DNA of 64,000 bases, from NCBI GenBank assembly GCA_021847575.1, contig JAJZQO010000001.1, positions 31,415 through 95,414 of the forward strand, read 5' to 3'. The position numbers and the translations under genes are program-made. The notes beneath the pieces were generated by a model. It worked only from the letters and a program-made list of their open reading frames with translations. It had not been told where the DNA came from and did not search any database. Of the stretch, positions 1-9,373 are shown in pieces (position 1 is the stretch's first letter; the number at the start of each line of letters is the position of its first letter). Origin of the DNA: Bacillota bacterium. Lineage in GTDB: Bacteria > Bacillota > Sulfobacillia > JAJZYS01 > JAJYTV01.

Positions 1-412
1 CGTCGACCCCCTTGGTCTTCGCGCGCAGGGCCTGACGCCGGCTGATCACCTCGGTGTACACGAGGCCGCCGCTATCGTGCACGGTGTCCACGATCAGCGC
101 CGGGTCGCCGAGCGACGTGAAGAAGAAGCGCACACCGTGGTCGAGGCAGATCGCGAGCTGTTCCCGATAGGGAAAGCGGCCGGAAACATGGACGTCGACG
201 GCGATCGGCCTCGCGGTGCGGCTGCGAATGCGTCCGAGGGCGGCCTCGAGCGCCGCCAGCGTGCGGTAGTTGGGCAGAGGGAAGGCCCCGAGCCCGCCCG
301 CTTCGGACACGGCGACGACGAGATCCTCATAGGAGACGAGGAACATCGGCGCGCCGACAATCGGATATGTGATGCCGAGAAGACGACTGAAGGCCGTCTC
401 AATCCGGGCCAC
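1..412 (-). CDS. Nitronate monooxygenase (2-nitropropane dioxygenase/FabK-like) family protein, N-terminal part. The gene continues past the window start.
   Basis: Own translation of the minus strand from a GTG at 412: ...LLGITYPIVGAPMFLVSYEDLVVAVSEAGGLGAFP... matches the classic NMO N-terminal motif. No stop occurs before position 1. A GGGGAGG RBS sits 7 nt upstream of the GTG. The gene is not in the supplied ORF track because it is unterminated. Confidence 0.6.
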   Translation of the reverse strand, partial: MARIETAFSRLLGITYPIVGAPMFLVSYEDLVVAVSEAGGLGAFPLPNYRTLAALEAALGRIRSRTARPIAVDVHVSGRFPYREQLAICLDHGVRFFFTSLGDPALIVDTVHDSGGLVYTEVISRRQALRAKTKGVD

Positions 413-438
413 GCCGCCACCTCCCCTGCGCTTCGCCC

Positions 439-1878
439 TTACGCCTCGCGTGGCACCTGTGCGATTTCCTCGACCAGTGCCTTCGCGTTTTGGAGGATGC
501 GCCGCGCCTCAAAGAAGATCGTCATGCGCTGCGCCATCAGCGAGCCCTCGCCCTGCAGCACGATGGTCTCCAGTTCCGAACGCGTGAGGCGCCGGATCAG
601 GTCGAGCATGCGCAGGCGCGCCTCCGTCGGGATGCCGGCCTTGCCACCGAGATACTTCTCGATGTCGGGCCGCAGTTCATCGCGCTGCCAGTCGGCGTAG
701 GTGGTGGCCGTCACGAGCACTCCGCCCGCGAGGTCCTCGATGATCTTGACCATGTCGTGGTAACGGTCGGCAAAGTGGAACTTGGCGAGGTTCGTCAGCA
801 TTGGGCTCGGCACGGCGACGCCGTCGTGCAGGGTGTAGTCGAGGCAGGAGGCGCGCGCCAGACCCTTGAGCGTCTCGAGGTAGATGACCATGTCCGTGAG
901 CTTTTCCACGACGTGCGGCGCCTTCGCGACGCCGTTGTACTCGGCGATCGCCTGGGCGACTCCGACCAGCTGCTCGCTCATCGGGATGCGGTAGGCGACG
1001 CCGGTGCGGCGGTGCAGGAGCGCGAAGCTGTGCACGAGGGTGTTGGATGCCTGCCACTCGCCGTCGAGGAAGACCCGCTCCCACGGCACGAAGACGTCGT
1101 CGAAGATCACGAGCGACTCGGTATGGACGCGCACCGGGCGTGTGTTGGGAAACTCGAGCGACGAGATCCTGGAATGGAAGGGCCGCAGGATCTGGCGCAC
1201 CCCGGGCTGGTTGCACGGTACGGCGAAGGCGAGCGCATAGTCCTTGTCCGCCTCTCCCATCGTGCGACAGGGGATGACGAACATCTCGTGCGCATAGGCG
1301 GCGCCGCTGATGTGCGTCTTCGCACCGCGTACGACGATGCCGTCCGGCCTGCGCTCGACGACGTGAACGTAGTAGTCCTCGTGCGCCTGGCCGGGGTCCG
1401 AGGGCCGGAGCATGCGATCCCCCTTGACATCGGTGACGGCGGCGACCACGGCGAGGTCGTTCTGACGCAGGTAGCGGCCGTAGGCCCCGATGCGGTCGAT
1501 GTAGTCCTGACTGCCCAGGCGACGAGCCGTGATTTCGATCGCGCTCAGCACGTCCGCGCCGATGTCCTTCGCGAACGGTATGAAGCCATCACCAAGGCGC
1601 GTGCCCGCCACGATCAGCTCCTGGTGCAGCAGGAGGTCATCGCCGTTGCGGGGGATATGGTAGTAACGACTCTGCTCCTCGCCGGTCTCGGGGTCGCGCA
1701 CAACGCCGAGATGGCGCAGCTCCCCGTGCTCAGGCAGCTCGTAGTCGACGGCCATGGTGTCGACGCAGACCCTGATGTCGGGATCCAGGGTTACGTCCTC
1801 GATGCGACGCCCCTTGTACCAGACCTCGCGACCGTCGCGCAGGCGCTCCCGGTATTCGTCGGCCGTCATCAGTGCCAC
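439..1878 (-). CDS. HpaB (4-hydroxyphenylacetate 3-hydroxylase oxygenase component) / 4-hydroxybutyryl-CoA dehydratase (AbfD) family flavoprotein.
   Basis: 479-aa ORF whose length and sequence character fit the HpaB/AbfD superfamily. GTG start with an AAGGAGG RBS 7 nt upstream. The stop lies 10 nt after the start of the upstream gene, suggesting one operon. Confidence 0.6.
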   Translation of the reverse strand: MALMTADEYRERLRDGREVWYKGRRIEDVTLDPDIRVCVDTMAVDYELPEHGELRHLGVVRDPETGEEQSRYYHIPRNGDDLLLHQELIVAGTRLGDGFIPFAKDIGADVLSAIEITARRLGSQDYIDRIGAYGRYLRQNDLAVVAAVTDVKGDRMLRPSDPGQAHEDYYVHVVERRPDGIVVRGAKTHISGAAYAHEMFVIPCRTMGEADKDYALAFAVPCNQPGVRQILRPFHSRISSLEFPNTRPVRVHTESLVIFDDVFVPWERVFLDGEWQASNTLVHSFALLHRRTGVAYRIPMSEQLVGVAQAIAEYNGVAKAPHVVEKLTDMVIYLETLKGLARASCLDYTLHDGVAVPSPMLTNLAKFHFADRYHDMVKIIEDLAGGVLVTATTYADWQRDELRPDIEKYLGGKAGIPTEARLRMLDLIRRLTRSELETIVLQGEGSLMAQRMTIFFEARRILQNAKALVEEIAQVPREA

Positions 1879-1890
1879 GATGCAGCCTCC

Positions 1891-3456
1891 TTAAAGGTCC
1901 TTGGGGATGCCCTGGTGGTAGGGCGGGAAGATCTCCTGCTCGAGGTTCGAGCCCATCAGGCTGTCGACGGCCATCACGCCGGAGAGGGTGGCGCCGTCGA
2001 CACCGCCGCCGAGTAGCCGCCTGCCGTACTGGTCGCCGACCAGGTACAGGCCGTTGACGTACGGACTCCGGTTGTCGAGGCGCTCCTCCCCGACCGGTCG
2101 CCACTGCCCGTAGGCGTCGGGCGCCGGCGTCCAGATGCAGAACTCGACGTCCCGCTCCCAGACGCCCGGGAAGGTCTCCTTGAACCAGTTCTCACACCAA
2201 GCTTTGATCCGCCCGACACGCTCGCGACTGTGCATCTCCTGGTCGGTGAGGCCGATCGAGAACTCGAAGCTTCGCTTGCCCGCTGGCGCGCGCGTCGGGG
2301 CGCAGGCCCCCATGGCCCAGACGACGACGTCGACGTCGCCGATGAAGCCCTCGTTGCGGATCGCCCCTGGCAGGAAGATGAAGCTGCGTTCGTCGATGCC
2401 GCGTTCGGCCCAGATGTCTCGGGTGAGGCCGATAAAGGCGGTGAGGAGGCCCGCGCCCCAGTACCGCTGCTCGATCGTCTCGACGAGGTCGGGCGGGAAA
2501 AGCGAGCGGTCGAGGACGTGAAACAGCTGTTTTGGCATCATGTTGAGGAAGACCGTGGCGGCCCGCGCCGTCTCCGTGCCGCCATCTCCCCGCATGCGCA
2601 CGCCCTCTACGCGGCCGCCTTCCACCAGCACCTCCGTGACGGTCGTCGAGCGGCGCACTTCGCCGCCCGCGGCGCGGATGACGCGTTCGAGCGCCTGTGC
2701 GATCGCGACGGCACCTGGCCGGTCGACCGTGCCGCAGGAGCCGTCGACGAGGTTCATGCGGATGTCCTTCGCCATCGCCATGTAGTAGAGGAAGTCCGCG
2801 GCCGGCGTCATCGAGAGATCGGCCTGCGCTGTTTGCGAGGCGGAGAGCGCCTTGATGTAGTCGTAAGCCTGCGGGTGGAGATCGAACTGCCTCAGCCAAT
2901 CCTCGAGCGAGACATCCTTGTAGCGCGCCACCTCGGCGACGCTCATCCTGCCCATCGCGCGCATGGCGTTCATGGCCGAGGCGAAGGCTTCCTCCGACAT
3001 CCATGGGTACGGCTGACCGCGCCCCACCTGATAGGGCACGTTGCCATGCTCGTGGTCGACGAAGCCGAAGCCGACATTGCACGGGATCTCCACGTGCTCG
3101 CCGACGTGGCCCAGGAGGTGGGCGATGCGGCTGCGGTTGCCCCAGAAGAGGCCGTGGCCGCCTGCCTCGTAGGTGTAGCCGTCAAGGAGGCCGCGCTCAA
3201 AGACCTCCTCGATCGGCGGCTCGCTGCTGAAGAGGTGGGTGCTGGCCACGCCAAGCGCCTTCTGCATTCCGGTCGCATCCAGTTCGAGGCCGTCGATCTC
3301 AACCTTCTGCCCGACGCCTACGAACGAGGCGAGCCGCCCCCCGATGAAGGGTGCGCGCTCCAGCACGAGGACCTTCTTGCCGAACTCCTTCGCGAGCAGT
3401 GCCGCTGACGTCAGGCCCGCGACGCCGCTGCCGACCACGATCACGTCGTACTCCAT
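1891..3456 (-). CDS. NAD(P)/FAD-dependent oxidoreductase of the phytoene-desaturase (CrtI)-like amine-oxidase fold.
   Basis: N-terminal Rossmann motif MEYDVIVVGSGVAGLTSAALLA...VLVLE. 521 aa. GGAGG RBS 9 nt upstream of the ATG. Confidence 0.65.
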   Translation of the reverse strand: MEYDVIVVGSGVAGLTSAALLAKEFGKKVLVLERAPFIGGRLASFVGVGQKVEIDGLELDATGMQKALGVASTHLFSSEPPIEEVFERGLLDGYTYEAGGHGLFWGNRSRIAHLLGHVGEHVEIPCNVGFGFVDHEHGNVPYQVGRGQPYPWMSEEAFASAMNAMRAMGRMSVAEVARYKDVSLEDWLRQFDLHPQAYDYIKALSASQTAQADLSMTPAADFLYYMAMAKDIRMNLVDGSCGTVDRPGAVAIAQALERVIRAAGGEVRRSTTVTEVLVEGGRVEGVRMRGDGGTETARAATVFLNMMPKQLFHVLDRSLFPPDLVETIEQRYWGAGLLTAFIGLTRDIWAERGIDERSFIFLPGAIRNEGFIGDVDVVVWAMGACAPTRAPAGKRSFEFSIGLTDQEMHSRERVGRIKAWCENWFKETFPGVWERDVEFCIWTPAPDAYGQWRPVGEERLDNRSPYVNGLYLVGDQYGRRLLGGGVDGATLSGVMAVDSLMGSNLEQEIFPPYHQGIPKDL

Positions 3457-3488
3457 CCGCCTTTGCCTCCTTGCCTTTCCTGCGCGAA

Positions 3489-4253
3489 CTAGAGAGAGCC
3501 GCCGCCGTCCATCACGACCGCCTGGCCCGTCACGTACAGGGCCGCGTCCGACACGAGGTAGAGGATGGTGCGCGCCACCTCGTCCGGCTGGGCGATTCGC
3601 TTCAGAGGTGTGTGGCTCAGCTCCTCTGCCATCAGATCCGCGTTGCGCCAGAGCGCTTCGCTGAACCGCGTCTGCACCACACCCGGCGCGACCGCGTTGA
3701 CCCGGATGCCCTTTGGCCCGAGTTCCTTGGCCATCGCCTTCGTAAGCATGAGGATCGCGGCCTTGCTGACGCAGTAGATGCCAAGGCCAGGATCGGGGGA
3801 GATGCCGCCGATAGAGGCCACGTTGACGATGTTGCCGGCGCCCTGCTCGACCATCTTGCGGGCGATGAGCTGGCTGAGGAGGAAATAGCCCTTGACGTTC
3901 GTCGTCATGATCTGGTCGTACGTCTTCTCCTCGACATCGAGCAGGGGGGCCATCACCGGGTTCGTCGCCGCGTTGTTGACGAGGATGTCGACACGACCGA
4001 ACTCGCCCAAAACCGTAGCCGCAAGTCGCTCGATGTCCGCCGCCTCGCGGTTGTGCGCCTGTACCGCGAGGGCTCTCCTGCCCAGAGCGCGGATCTCCTC
4101 CGCCACCTGTTCCAGGTCCGGAAGCTTCCTGCCGCTGATGGCGACATCCGCCCCGGCCCCGGCCAGGGCGAGCGCCGTGGCGCGACCGATGCCGCGGCTG
4201 CCGCCGGTGACGAGCGCAACCTTGCCTGCCTGTTCGAGATAACTGAAGTCCAT
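3489..4253 (-). CDS. SDR-family short-chain dehydrogenase/reductase.
   Basis: TGGSRGIGRA glycine motif, NNAA motif and catalytic YxxxK (YCVSKAA). 254 aa. GGGAGGG RBS. Confidence 0.8.
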   Translation of the reverse strand: MDFSYLEQAGKVALVTGGSRGIGRATALALAGAGADVAISGRKLPDLEQVAEEIRALGRRALAVQAHNREAADIERLAATVLGEFGRVDILVNNAATNPVMAPLLDVEEKTYDQIMTTNVKGYFLLSQLIARKMVEQGAGNIVNVASIGGISPDPGLGIYCVSKAAILMLTKAMAKELGPKGIRVNAVAPGVVQTRFSEALWRNADLMAEELSHTPLKRIAQPDEVARTILYLVSDAALYVTGQAVVMDGGGSL

Positions 4254-4272
4254 GCTTGGTTCCCTCCCGCTT

Positions 4273-5394
4273 TCAGAGGCCGATCTGTCGCGCGATGATG
4301 TTCTTCTGGATCTCCGACGTACCGCCGCCGATCGTCAGCACGAGCACGTTGCGCAGGTGGCGCTGCATGTCGGCTCCCGATTCCGCCCCCTCGCCGCCGA
4401 GGAGGTCCATGCCCTGCACCGCGAGGCGCTTGCCCGTGTCGGTGGCGAAGTACTTGGCCATCGAGGCCTCGCGGCCGCACGGCAGCCCATCGGCTTCCAG
4501 CCGCGCCGCGGCGTAGGCGAGACTCCTTGCGGCCTCAAGTTCGGTCGCCATCTCGGCCACGCGGTGCTGCACGCCTTGCGGCGCGCCGCCGGGGAATCTG
4601 CGCCGCACATGCTCGATGGCATCCTCCAGCACTGCCCGGCCGATGCCAACGGCACAGGCGGCGAGCGTCAACCGCTCCTGGTTGAGCAGCCTGACCATGT
4701 GTTCCCAGCCGTGGCCGATGCCCTCCGGCCCGCCGAGGATGTGTTCAGGCCCTACCCGGACGCCCTCGTACGAGACGGCGCACGTGTTCGAGCCGCGGTA
4801 GCCGAGTTTCTGGAGCTCACGCGCGCTGTAGCCAACGGCCCGAGTGTCGACGATGAAGGCGGTGATCCCCCTGTAGCGGTCCTCGGAGGTGCGCGCCATT
4901 GTCAGCACGTAGTCGCTTACACCGGCGCCGGTGATGAACATCTTGCGTCCGTATATGCGGTAGCCGTCCCCGTCCCGCTCCGCTCGCGTCTTGAGGCTGG
5001 CGGCGTCGGAGCCGGAATCCGGTTCCGTGAGGGCGAAGCCGAACTTGATCTCGCCCCTTGCCAACCGCGGCAGGTAGGTGCGGCGTTGCGCTTCGCTGCC
5101 GCTCTTGCCGATGATCTCGCCACCGTAGAGGCAGATGTTGCCGACCACCCACGCGAGGACCGGCAGGCGACGCGAGATCTCCTCGTAAAGCGCCATGGCG
5201 TCCAGGATGTTGCCACCCCAGCCACCGTACGCCGGGTCGATGTTGATGCCCATGTACCCCTCCGCCACGAGCGCCGCAAGCGGTTCGGAGGGGTAGCGGT
5301 CCTCGGCGTCGATCGCGCGTACCAGTTCGAGCGGGAGGTGCTCCTCGACGAAGGACGCGGTCGTTTCGCGGATGGCTTTGAGGGCCTCGGGCAT
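4273..5394 (-). CDS. Acyl-CoA dehydrogenase.
   Basis: Acyl-CoA-dehydrogenase-like sequence throughout (for example the C-terminal ...TIGGGTSEIQKNIIARQIGL). The track ORF is N-extended; ATG at 5394 is chosen because GGAGG lies 7 nt upstream and it gives a typical 374-aa length. Confidence 0.75.
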   Translation of the reverse strand: MPEALKAIRETTASFVEEHLPLELVRAIDAEDRYPSEPLAALVAEGYMGINIDPAYGGWGGNILDAMALYEEISRRLPVLAWVVGNICLYGGEIIGKSGSEAQRRTYLPRLARGEIKFGFALTEPDSGSDAASLKTRAERDGDGYRIYGRKMFITGAGVSDYVLTMARTSEDRYRGITAFIVDTRAVGYSARELQKLGYRGSNTCAVSYEGVRVGPEHILGGPEGIGHGWEHMVRLLNQERLTLAACAVGIGRAVLEDAIEHVRRRFPGGAPQGVQHRVAEMATELEAARSLAYAAARLEADGLPCGREASMAKYFATDTGKRLAVQGMDLLGGEGAESGADMQRHLRNVLVLTIGGGTSEIQKNIIARQIGL

Positions 5395-5999
5395 CAGAGC
5401 GACGCCTCCTTCCTGCGGTACCATCAAACTGGATTGGTTTTTGAGTTTCACTATAGCGCGGCCCTGCACTCTGTCAATAGCTTGGGCGTGTCCCGTGCAG
5501 GAGCGCATCGTTGGTCCCTTATAGCGCAACGGTGGCGACGCAGACGGCTCGCCGCTGGCGGGTATCAGCCGTGGAAGAGCCAACCGCAGATGGCCTTTGG
5601 CAACTGCGAACCACGCGAGATCGGGTGGGCACCATCGCAAACGGGACACCTGTCCACCCCCGGCTCCGCCCGGAGGAACGCGTCGCCACGCAGCGGGTTT
5701 GCCGCGGGTGGGTCAGTTCCCAAACGACGCCAATGGGACGGCTGCAGCCCGGCGTTGACAATCAAGCCCTTCCTGCGCGCTGGGCGAACGCGCCGACGTG
5801 CGTAAAGACGGCCTGTGCCGACCCCGCGTCTTTTTGTCCTGCTTTTCGCCGGATGTAGATTTCGGCGCAAAACGGCACCCCAGGGTCAAGACGAGAGGGA
5901 CCCCATCTATCCGACCGGCTTGTGCGGCGATCCCCCTTCAGTCGACGTCCAAGTCGACCAGGGACGAAAGCCAGAGCCGTGTCCAACAGGAGGGTCCCT

Positions 6000-6227
6000 A
6001 TGCGTACTATCCGGAAGGCAACGAAGGGCCCATGCTGCACAGCATGGGCATATCTGCCGTTCCCGGGCGACTCGGGATGGGAGATGCGAAACTCCGGCAC
6101 GGTCGCCGCCGGGCCGATCACCGTTCTACAGTTTCTGCTGGGCGGACGCACGCGCGGCTATGGCAGCCCTCGTTACCCAGGTAGCCGATCTGGCCCTATT
6201 CGCGCCGCCGACCCCGTAAATTGGTGA
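6000..6227 (+). CDS. Hypothetical 75-aa protein (MRTIRKATKGPCCTAWAYLPFPGDSGWEM...).
   Basis: AGGAGGG Shine-Dalgarno exactly 5 nt upstream of the ATG, inside an otherwise gene-poor 1.4 kb stretch. No recognisable family. Confidence 0.25.
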   Translation: MRTIRKATKGPCCTAWAYLPFPGDSGWEMRNSGTVAAGPITVLQFLLGGRTRGYGSPRYPGSRSGPIRAADPVNW

Positions 6228-6552
6228 GATACAAATACAGCATCGCCAAATATGCTACAGCTTGCACCAAAATCAATGTCGACACCGGAATGGATCGCAT
6301 TGAATTGCTGATTACGCCGAGAATCAGGGCGATGATTGGTCCAATCCAGATGGCCACTCGTCTGCTCACGTAACTTGTCTGTGCGGGAGTCGCATTACGG
6401 CGGATCACCAACTGGTCCGGCATAAAGAACGCAAAAACTTGTGCAGTGACAAATTGCAGCAGAAAGAAAAGCGGCATGGCCAGCCTTGTGAACTCCAAGA
6501 TGTGGCTCCCTCCATCCACCTGCACATGTTTAGCATGCACTGATCTATCCAA
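6196..6552 (-). CDS. Hypothetical small membrane protein with about three predicted transmembrane segments, encoded in a low-GC island.
   Basis: 118-aa ORF with a TTG start and hydrophobic stretches (PLFFLLQFVTAQVFAFF; IWIGPIIALILGVI; LILVQAVAYLAMLYLYL). Local GC looks roughly 48% by eye, versus roughly 68-70% for the rest of the window. Confidence 0.3.
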   Translation of the reverse strand: MDRSVHAKHVQVDGGSHILEFTRLAMPLFFLLQFVTAQVFAFFMPDQLVIRRNATPAQTSYVSRRVAIWIGPIIALILGVISNSMRSIPVSTLILVQAVAYLAMLYLYLTNLRGRRRE

Positions 6553-7074
6553 GGTCGCAACTGCTCAGATGCGCCAGCCCCCAAAGAGGCAGCGCAACGG
6601 TATCGATTCTGTTGCCTGACGGCATTTGCCGATCGGCCGGTGCCACGAACCTATCCTTTTATCTCGGCGGCGGTGCTTGCGAACGTGGGCTCCCGCTACT
6701 GGCCGAAGTCGCCCTGCGCGTCACCGCGTGCAGCTCCTCGGGGTGCAACGAGTCCAATATGCCCTTGGGGCGGAAGCCTTGTCCAGGCGGCTTGGAAACG
6801 GTGGCAAACACAGCTGCTCGCAGGTCTGCGCGCCGTCCGACGGGGCACCTTGCAATCTCGACGAGGTCGAAGCGATCCGGGCACAGAGGCGATGGGGGCT
6901 ATTGGATGTCGGGGCTTTTGCGGTAGCTGGTTCAAGTCTGGAACTTGGCGTGCTGAGTCCAGACCGCCCTCCCGTTCCCCGGCACCCAGCAGCGCCATAC
7001 CAGGCCTGAGGCAGGTCCAGGCACGGCATGAAGTCGAACCTGCAGAGCATCCAACCTGACAGGGGGCCGGAAAG

Positions 7075-8667
7075 ATGAGCAGGATCACAGTCCTCGCGGG
7101 CGGCACCCTGGTCGACGGAACAGGAAGCGCGGCCCGTCACGCGGACGTCTGGCTGCAAGGCGGAGAGATCGTCCGGATTGTCGAGGGCGGCGGGGGGCAC
7201 CCAGAAGGCCTGGACATCGTGGACTGCACGGACCTTGCCATCGCGCCCGGCTTTATCGACGTGCATTCGCACGCGGACAACGCCGGTTATCTAGCGACGG
7301 CGGACACGAGCAAGATCCTGCAGGGCGTGACGACCGAGGTCGTGGGCAACTGTGGCATCTCGCTTGCTCCGCGGACCTTGCCCCATCGCGTAGACCTGGA
7401 CAATTACGCACAGCGCCTGTTCCCCGTGGTGGACTGGCAGGGCGAAAGCTTCACAGAGTACTGGGCGGGCGCCGAGCGCGGCCTTGTGACCAATGCCGCT
7501 CCCCTCGTCGGGCAGGGCACGCTGCGGATCGCGGCGATGGGCATGGAGAACCGGCCCCCGTCCGCGGCGGAGAAAGCCAAGATGCGCGACCTGCTGCTTG
7601 CGGCCCTGGAAGCGGGGGCGTTCGGCCTCTCCACGGGGCTCATCTATCCCCCGGGCAGCTTCTCAGAAACCGAGGAGATCGCAGAACTGGCGGGCCACAT
7701 GCCGGACGGGATCTACGCTTCGCACCTGCGGGACGAGGGTGAGAACGTCGAACGGAGCGTCGCAGAGGCGATCGCGATCGGCGAGGCGGCAGGCTGCCAG
7801 GTGCAGCTGTCGCACCACAAGGCGGCAGGCAAGGCGAACTGGGGCCGCACGGAGGCCACGCTGGCCATGGTCGACGCGGCTCGCGAGAGGGGTGTGCGGA
7901 TCCACCTCGACGTGTATCCCTACACGGTAGCCTCGACGGTTCTGACGTCGTGTGTGCCGCCGTGGGCCGAGGCGGGCGGTGAAGCGGCCCTGCTCCAGAG
8001 GCTCGAAGATTCCGGAGCGCTCGGGCGGCTGCGCCGGGATATCGAACAGGGCCTGCCCGGTTGGGAGAATGAGATCGCCGCAACGGGCGCGGACGGCATC
8101 CGGATCGCCTCGACGCAGGACCACCGGTTCGAGGGGTCGACGCTTGCGGAGATCGCGGCCACCATCGGCGGCGACGGCATAGACGCACTGTTCCACGTCC
8201 TGCGGGAGGAGCGGCTGCGGGCCAGCATCCTGCTCTTCTCGATGACCGAGGGCGACGTGCAGCGCGTCCTGCGCCACCCGCTGGCCATGATCGGTTCGGA
8301 CGGCCTGCCGCCCGGTCTGGGCGGCAGGCCGCACCCGAGGCTCTACGGGACGTTCCCGAGGGTCTTGAGCCGCTATGTGCGCGAGATTCCCGTGCTCACG
8401 CTGGAGGCGGCGGTGCACAAGATGACGGGCCTGCCGGCCGCGGCGTTCCGACTCGCCCGGCGCGGGGTGGTGGCCGAGGGCAACATGGCGGATCTTGTGG
8501 TCTTCCGGCCCGGGAGCATCAGGGATGGGGCGACGTTCGAGGACCCGGTGCAGGCCCCGCTTGGGATTGAGCGCGTTTATCTTGGCGGCAGGGCTGTCGT
8601 GGTGGAGGGTCGGTATGTGGGCAATCGCCAAGGCGAGCGCCTGCGGCCGACAGGCGGCCTACGCTGA
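7075..8667 (+). CDS. N-acyl-D-amino-acid deacylase (D-aminoacylase) family amidohydrolase.
   Basis: 530 aa. Metal-binding motifs typical of the family: ...APGFIDVHSHAD... and ...VVGNCGISLAP... Confidence 0.75.
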   Translation: MSRITVLAGGTLVDGTGSAARHADVWLQGGEIVRIVEGGGGHPEGLDIVDCTDLAIAPGFIDVHSHADNAGYLATADTSKILQGVTTEVVGNCGISLAPRTLPHRVDLDNYAQRLFPVVDWQGESFTEYWAGAERGLVTNAAPLVGQGTLRIAAMGMENRPPSAAEKAKMRDLLLAALEAGAFGLSTGLIYPPGSFSETEEIAELAGHMPDGIYASHLRDEGENVERSVAEAIAIGEAAGCQVQLSHHKAAGKANWGRTEATLAMVDAARERGVRIHLDVYPYTVASTVLTSCVPPWAEAGGEAALLQRLEDSGALGRLRRDIEQGLPGWENEIAATGADGIRIASTQDHRFEGSTLAEIAATIGGDGIDALFHVLREERLRASILLFSMTEGDVQRVLRHPLAMIGSDGLPPGLGGRPHPRLYGTFPRVLSRYVREIPVLTLEAAVHKMTGLPAAAFRLARRGVVAEGNMADLVVFRPGSIRDGATFEDPVQAPLGIERVYLGGRAVVVEGRYVGNRQGERLRPTGGLR

Positions 8668-8757
8668 GAGGGGCCGGGGCAGGGTGTTCCAGATGAATGG
8701 CAGGAAGGGCGAAGCGTCTGTCCAATTAACCTAACGAGCGTTCGGCAGGGGGGCGGA

Positions 8758-9360
8758 ATGCTGATGGAGGAGCCGCAGGTTGGCACCCGCGAGCGACTCC
8801 TGGAGCTGTCGGCGCAGCTGTTTCGAGAGCGGGGCTTCCACGCCACCTCGATGCGCGACATCGCTCGAGCGGCACACATGCAGCCGGCCTCGATCTACCA
8901 CCACTTCCCTGGCAAGGAAAGCATCCTGCACGAGCTGATGCGCGGGTTTCTCATGGAACTGCTGCACAGCGCCGCAAACGCGTCCGACCAGGCCGCGGAC
9001 GCCACCGGGCGGCTTGCGGCCTTCATGCGAACCCACATCCGCCTGCACGCCACGCGGGCCATGGTCGCACTTGTCACCGATTCGGAGCTGAGGGCACTCA
9101 AGGACCCAGCGCGGCGGGAGGTCGTCATGCTGCGGGACCGCTATGAGCAGCTCCTGCAGGACATCCTGCGCCAGGGCGTCCAGGAGGGCCTGATGTACGT
9201 ACCCGACGTCAAGATTGCGAGCTACCAGCTTCTGGCCCTGGGTACAGGCGTCGTGTTCTGGTGGCGACCGGATGGTCGCCTCAGTCTTGAGGAGATCGTC
9301 GAGCAGCATGTCGGGGCCGCTTTTGGCATCTGCGGCGTGGGTCGGGGCAAACGTGGATAA
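8758..9360 (+). CDS. TetR/AcrR-family transcriptional regulator.
   Basis: N-terminal helix-turn-helix RERLLELSAQLFRERGFHATSMRDIARAA. 200 aa. Confidence 0.8.
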   Translation: MLMEEPQVGTRERLLELSAQLFRERGFHATSMRDIARAAHMQPASIYHHFPGKESILHELMRGFLMELLHSAANASDQAADATGRLAAFMRTHIRLHATRAMVALVTDSELRALKDPARREVVMLRDRYEQLLQDILRQGVQEGLMYVPDVKIASYQLLALGTGVVFWWRPDGRLSLEEIVEQHVGAAFGICGVGRGKRG

Positions 9361-9373
9361 GGGGAGATGCCCG

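Noticed and set aside
77-700. 207-aa plus-strand ORF at the window start.
   Set aside because: It overlaps the minus-strand NMO-family reading frame, which has a convincing conserved motif, RBS and operon context. The plus ORF translation is low-complexity.
490-2016. 508-aa plus-strand ORF and many similar long ORFs antisense to real genes (for example 2230-3408, 4252-5805, 8731-10197, 10516-11433, 17536-19086, 25118-26812, 26812-27888, 28483-29883, 32378-34195, 39026-40345, 39730-40863, 41667-43331, 44157-45281, 49235-50671, 52469-53185, 55563-56276, 56448-57257).
   Set aside because: Their translations are Arg/Ala/Gly/Pro-rich with no motifs, and they lie exactly opposite ORFs that carry clear family signatures. 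This is the typical stop-codon-poor antisense frame artefact of roughly 68-70% GC DNA.
9215-9373. Upstream part of the track's 392-aa kdd ORF.
   Set aside because: It overlaps the 3' end of the TetR gene in another frame. A GTG with RBS at 9374 gives the expected Kdd length.
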